From the NCBI GenBank assembly GCA_002269645.1, contig NIVC01004954.1, positions 1-30,241 on the forward strand: a stretch of 30,241 bases of DNA, in the 5' to 3' direction. The notes below the pieces were generated by a model. That model did not search any database, had not been told where the DNA came from, and saw only the letters and a program-made list of their open reading frames with translations. Below, piece by piece: positions 26,011-30,241 of this stretch (positions are counted from its first letter, which is position 1; each line of letters opens with the position of its first letter). The DNA comes from Macrostomum lignano. Taxonomy: Eukaryota. The position numbers were made by a program, and so were the translations under genes.

Positions 26011-27619
26011 ATTTTCATTTGCGCTTTTTCCCCTACTCATATCGTGTTAACTTGGAAGCTCAGAAATATAATTATTTAAGATAAGCCTTAATTGACGGGT
26101 ATTAGTAAGATGTTTTACTGTGTAAAATATTTCAACTACAAATATTTAATGACGTGTTAGTTATCCAGTCTTAATTACGATCGTATTTGATACAGAGGTA
26201 CAAATCTTGTGGTGTAACTTGTCATGTCATATAGACGCTTCTAAAAAGCTGAATTAAAGTAAACAGAAGGCATGTATCGCAGCAATGAAGCGAATGTGTC
26301 ATCCAGTCTTGTAATAAATGGCAGATCGGCAGGCTGTACAGTATTTTAGACACCCGTTACAGAATTGAATGCCCGTACAATCACTGATTCATAACAGCAT
26401 TTCGAAAATTTTATTACAAAAAATTGCCGCAGTACATCGGTACATGCATGCTACCTTCAACTAGTAAAAGTAAAAGTAAATCTGCTTACTATATGTACTT
26501 ATACGAGTAATCCGATAAATGAGAAGAACTAATATCAGTCTACCACTAAATCGATGTCTTCTGCCGTGCTCTGTAGTCTCACAATTGAGATCGCCGCGGT
26601 TGGCTCTATTTTCTGTAATTAAACTTGAACTAAAAAAACTTGCAGACTGAATTGTGTAAGCAAACAGAAAAAAGGATCGGAGAAGAGATCGAATTTCGTC
26701 CCATGCGGTCTATGGGGTGGGATCTCACATGGTTAACAATGGCAGGGTTTATACAAATAGAGCATGAGAACTAACTCTAGACCTGCATTGGTTGCTACGG
26801 GGGGCGAGGGTTAGGCGGTTAGGCTCCTCAGTTTTACAGTACACATACTCTGGTTGCGTTGGAGTATCTGGGAGAGGTTCAGTCCAAGTTCTTTTGCTGT
26901 TCTCTTGTGCGGGCCGCGGTCCGCGCGTCCATCCTCGGTTGCCACGCCACTCGGGTTGGGCGTCGGTCCTGGGCGTGCCCGCAGCTCCTCCCCAAGAGCT
27001 TCGTCTTGCGCTGCTGGGCACAATTGTGTTGCTGGGCACTATTGTTTTTATTCTTTGGCACAACGAACGCTCAAATTTCCTCTATCTTTGCCTTTCTTTC
27101 TGTCTCTAAGCTTTAGTTTCTATTTAAGTTTATTCTGCCGAATTTCTAAGCCCTATATAGTAAGTACTTTGACTCAACTTTTATGCTAACCCAATAAAAT
27201 TATCTAATATATGATTTTACCAAATAATGAAACTGCCTAGAATAGATTGATTCGTTATTGCACTATTAATAAGTGTTCAAAGCTTTCACCTTTAATTCTA
27301 CTTGTGTTTGTCCATCAACACATGGATTTTTGTCTGTCCGCGTCAACTTTATTTTTGTAGGATTCGCAAAGGCTGTACAAATAGAATAACTCAGTCTCGT
27401 TAATTCCATTCACAGTGATCTTTCTTCATCAATACTATTAAGCTGAAGCTGCAATCGTGATGGGGATGAGAGGAAGTCATATCGAGCACTAGTCCCCTAA
27501 TTTCATAATACTATAATTTATCTCATTTATCACCATATGGAGAATGTTCGACAAAGATTACACTTTCGTACAAGGAGTCAGGAGTTTTCCTTACACTTTC
27601 GTATAAGGAAAAAAGCCAG

Positions 27620-27620
27620 T

Positions 27621-27651
<31 letters not shown>

Positions 27652-27925
27652 ACAGGGACTGAGACTGGGACTGGGACTGGGGACAGAGACTGGGACAGGG
27701 ACAGGGACTGGGGCTGGGACGGGACTGGGACAGGGACTGGGACAGGGACTGGGACTGGGACTGGGACTGGGGACAGAGACTGGGACAGGGACTAGGACAG
27801 GGACAGGGACTGGGACAGGGACATGGACTGGGACTGGGACTGGGGACAGAGACTGGGACAGGGACTAGGACAGGGACAGGGACAGGGACTGGGACAGGGA
27901 CATGGACTGGGACTGGGACAGGGAC
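27620..27925. repeat. Hexamer microsatellite (GGGACT/GGGACA)n
   Basis: Directly visible. Confidence 0.95.
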
Positions 27926-28011
27926 AAGCAAAATTTTGACTGTAAAATCCCAGTGTCGGGCAGGTAAGGCCAGTAGTGCTGTCAAGTAGATCGAAAAGCT
28001 ATAGTCGTGAG

Positions 28012-28161
28012 GTCGAGTCCGGCAATTCTTCGTCTCCTCCATCAGCCAAGCCAGCGATGTGCTGCATTGCGCTGCACTGGCTGCCAAGGACCTGCTCGCT
28101 CACCAGCTGCTGGTCTTCATCCCACGAGACGGTGCTCAGCAGCCCCTATGCATCGTGGGAC
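28012..28161 (+). CDS. Possible isolated coding exon (PAN/apple-like wording), gene unassigned
   Basis: GC-rich island reading RVRQFFVSSISQASDVLHCAALAAKDLLAHQLLVFIPRDGAQQPLCIVG with donor GTGAGT at 28162; acceptor uncertain. Confidence 0.35.
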
Positions 28162-28454
28162 GTGAGTCCTGGCTGCATTGGTGTTGCTGGGAAGTGTCCC
28201 TGTCGGTCTCACATTGTCTGCTGTGTGTGAGCAATCAGACACTCACTGCACGAATGGAATTTGAAAAGAACATTATGATTGTAATAACAAATATGATCTT
28301 ATTTTTTCTTTAATCTGATTAGCTTTGTTCATTTCTCATAATGCTTCTGACATAGTGACAATTAGTATAGTCGTTTTTATGGCAAGTTTGAGCACAAAAG
28401 TCTAGATAATATGGAATTGAAGGCTTTTAAAATGTGAGTCATGGATGAATTGGC

Positions 28455-28645
28455 GGTGAATAGTGGGTGAATCATGGATTAATCAGGGGTGAATAGTGGG
28501 TGAATCATGAATGAATCAGGGGGTGAATAGTGGGGTGAATCATGGATTAATCAGGGGGTGAATAGTGGGTGAATCATGGATTAATCAGGGGGTGAATAGT
28601 GGGTGAATCATGGATTAATCAGGGAGTCAGTGGTGGGTGAATCAA
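28455..28645. repeat. ~31-33-bp tandem repeat (GTGAATAGTGGGTGAATCATGGATTAATCAGGGG)n
   Basis: About 5-6 units directly visible. Confidence 0.92.
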
Positions 28646-29104
28646 TGCTAATTGGAGGGTGAGTTGTTTGCGACAGGCTAAAATACTTTCCTACATGCTA
28701 CATGCTACGAGCTAATTTTGACAAAGGGTGGCGACAGAAGTTGGGCATTTATTCTTGGGCTTGAGAATTCGAGCAAGACAATGGGTCCTGACCAGAATTT
28801 CACTATTACTGCATTCGCTGTGTCATGGTAGCCGGCCACTGTCTTCAGACGAAATTTCTGTCATTCAGACAGCGAGTTTGAACTCGCCAAGCAACTCAAT
28901 TGGGAGGCTGGCTCATTTTCTTCCTCATTTTTCTCCAATGGGAGATTCAGGCTCAAAAAGGCAGCCTTAGCCAACTAGAGCAACACAAGAGCAGAGGGAA
29001 AGCATTAAAATACAAAAAGCTGCTGAGAAGCTTCAGTCTGCAGCTGCATTGCAATTGTCAAAACTGATTTAAAAGCAAGAACGAGTCTACAGCGTCACCA
29101 AGGC

Positions 29105-30069
29105 ATGAGTTCCAGCATCTTAACTGGACTGACTGCGGCGATGCTGCTGCCACTCCTGGTGCACTGCGGCAATGGAACCATGCACAGCAGCATCTCGCTC
29201 GGCGGCTGCGTGGTGCCGCAGACTCCGCAGCACTCGCTGGCGGCCTCGAGCGCCCGCATGTGCGCCTTCCTGTGCTCTCAGCTCCGTCGTCCTTGCATCG
29301 CCTGGAGCCACCGCGCAGGCGTCTGCAACATGTCGGACAGCCTCCAGACCGCCAGTCTGACGAACGACACCGACTGCCAGGCGTGGAGCGCCCTGCGCCA
29401 GCTCGGCCTCGTCGCCTTCTGGCCCATGAGCAACGTCACTCGGACTCGCAATGCGGTCTCGAACAGCGGCCATCTCGACCTGCAGGAGAACATCCCGATG
29501 CAGTACACGGACAGCGCCGTCAACTTCACTGGTCAGTCGGGTGTGTCAGAGCGGTTCAACATTGACGAGCTGACTTCGGTGTGTCTCACCAGCCTCACCA
29601 TGTCAGTGTGGGTCAAGGTCACCAACCCAGCGAGAGGTTCGATGCCTCTGCTGGAGGGCCTCACAATGCCTTCTTCATACCACACTCGGTTTTGGCTTCA
29701 TCCTACAACTACCGACATCGAGTTCACCGTTGCATTCAAGGTCCGAGTGTCCGGACCCACCGACACGGCCAGCGGTTGGACCCACATCGCCGCGGTGTAC
29801 GACAAGCAGACACCGGAAGTCAGGATCCTCGTCAACGGAACTCGACAGGCCACCAGCGGCTCGGCCACCGCTTTGACCTCGTGCGCGGACTTCGGCAGCA
29901 GCGTGCAGATCGGAGCCGTCAGCCGCAATGCCGATCACAAACGCGTGTTCCAAGGCTTCATGAGATGCTTCGGAGTGTCAGAGAGAGCTTGAGCGACTCT
30001 GAAATTGCCGCTTTGATCGCAGCTGTGCTAAGCTGGGTGCCAGCAGACTTAGAAAACGATTCAATCTAA
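29105..30069 (+). CDS. Secreted protein: signal peptide, PAN/apple-like module, ConA-like lectin/LamG (pentraxin-like) domain; 1-nt frameshift near 29989
   Basis: Hydrophobic N-terminus MSSSILTGLTAAMLLPLLVHC; CAFLC...C...C module; LamG-like motifs TMSVWVKV, WTHIAAVYD, RILVNG, VQIG, FQGFMRCFGV; annotated ORF stops at ERA* (29992) but the shifted frame continues LSDSEIAAL to TAA 30069. Confidence 0.75.
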
Positions 30070-30241
30070 TGTTAGACGTCCAATGTACTCAGGTCTCCAA
30101 ACATTCCTACCAACAGCTTATCCATCTGAATGCAAGTCAGTTACATTGCTGTAAGCAGCTGGCTACAGAACCAGCATTCAAGGGGTGTTTCACTATAACG
30201 TACGGTCTGTTTCGCGGTCACTTCGGCTGTCTGCAGATTTC

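Noticed and set aside
25575-26018. Antisense and alternative-frame ORFs over MCTS1, and similar ones over 29105-29992 and 5079-5373
   Set aside because: Shadow ORFs of GC-rich coding sequence; the sense frames carry the recognisable motifs.
26740-27110. GC-rich island with overlapping short ORFs on both strands
   Set aside because: No recognisable domain, splice pattern, TIR or TSD; may be a repeat fragment but nothing supportable.
27578-28087. 169-aa minus-strand ORF with VP/SQ/PC runs, and 25036-25443 minus ORF
   Set aside because: Microsatellite and 28-bp repeat translations.

Overview
Eukaryotic (invertebrate animal) genomic DNA with GC-rich exons and AT-rich, repeat-laden introns; a flatworm such as Macrostomum is only a guess from style. 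Left to right: (1) the 3' part of a multi-exon + strand gene for a long coiled-coil protein (1-8823), with satellite-filled introns and several single-base frameshifts; (2) the main signal, invisible in the ORF track: a ~13.7 kb + strand non-coding snoRNA host gene (~10858-24540) with ~19 tiny ORF-less exons whose introns carry 26 box C/D snoRNAs (one decayed), one further weaker C/D candidate and one H/ACA candidate. Many guides match rRNA/U6 sites I recognise (SNORD17, 27, 33, 1/snR38, 65, 48, 44, 77/80, 37, 88, 7 equivalents); others point to sites I do not know from human or yeast, or have no clear target; (3) a nested transposon complex inside one host intron (20225-23093); (4) an intronless MCTS1 gene (25462-26010); (5) repeats, a possible isolated exon, and a secreted PAN-like plus LamG/ConA-like protein gene with a one-base frameshift (29105-30069). 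All rRNA/snRNA target assignments were made by eye against conserved human/yeast sequences recalled from memory and the D+5 rule, not against this organism's own rRNA. Splice sites are predicted from consensus only. snoRNA coordinates run from box C to box D unless a terminal stem is stated.
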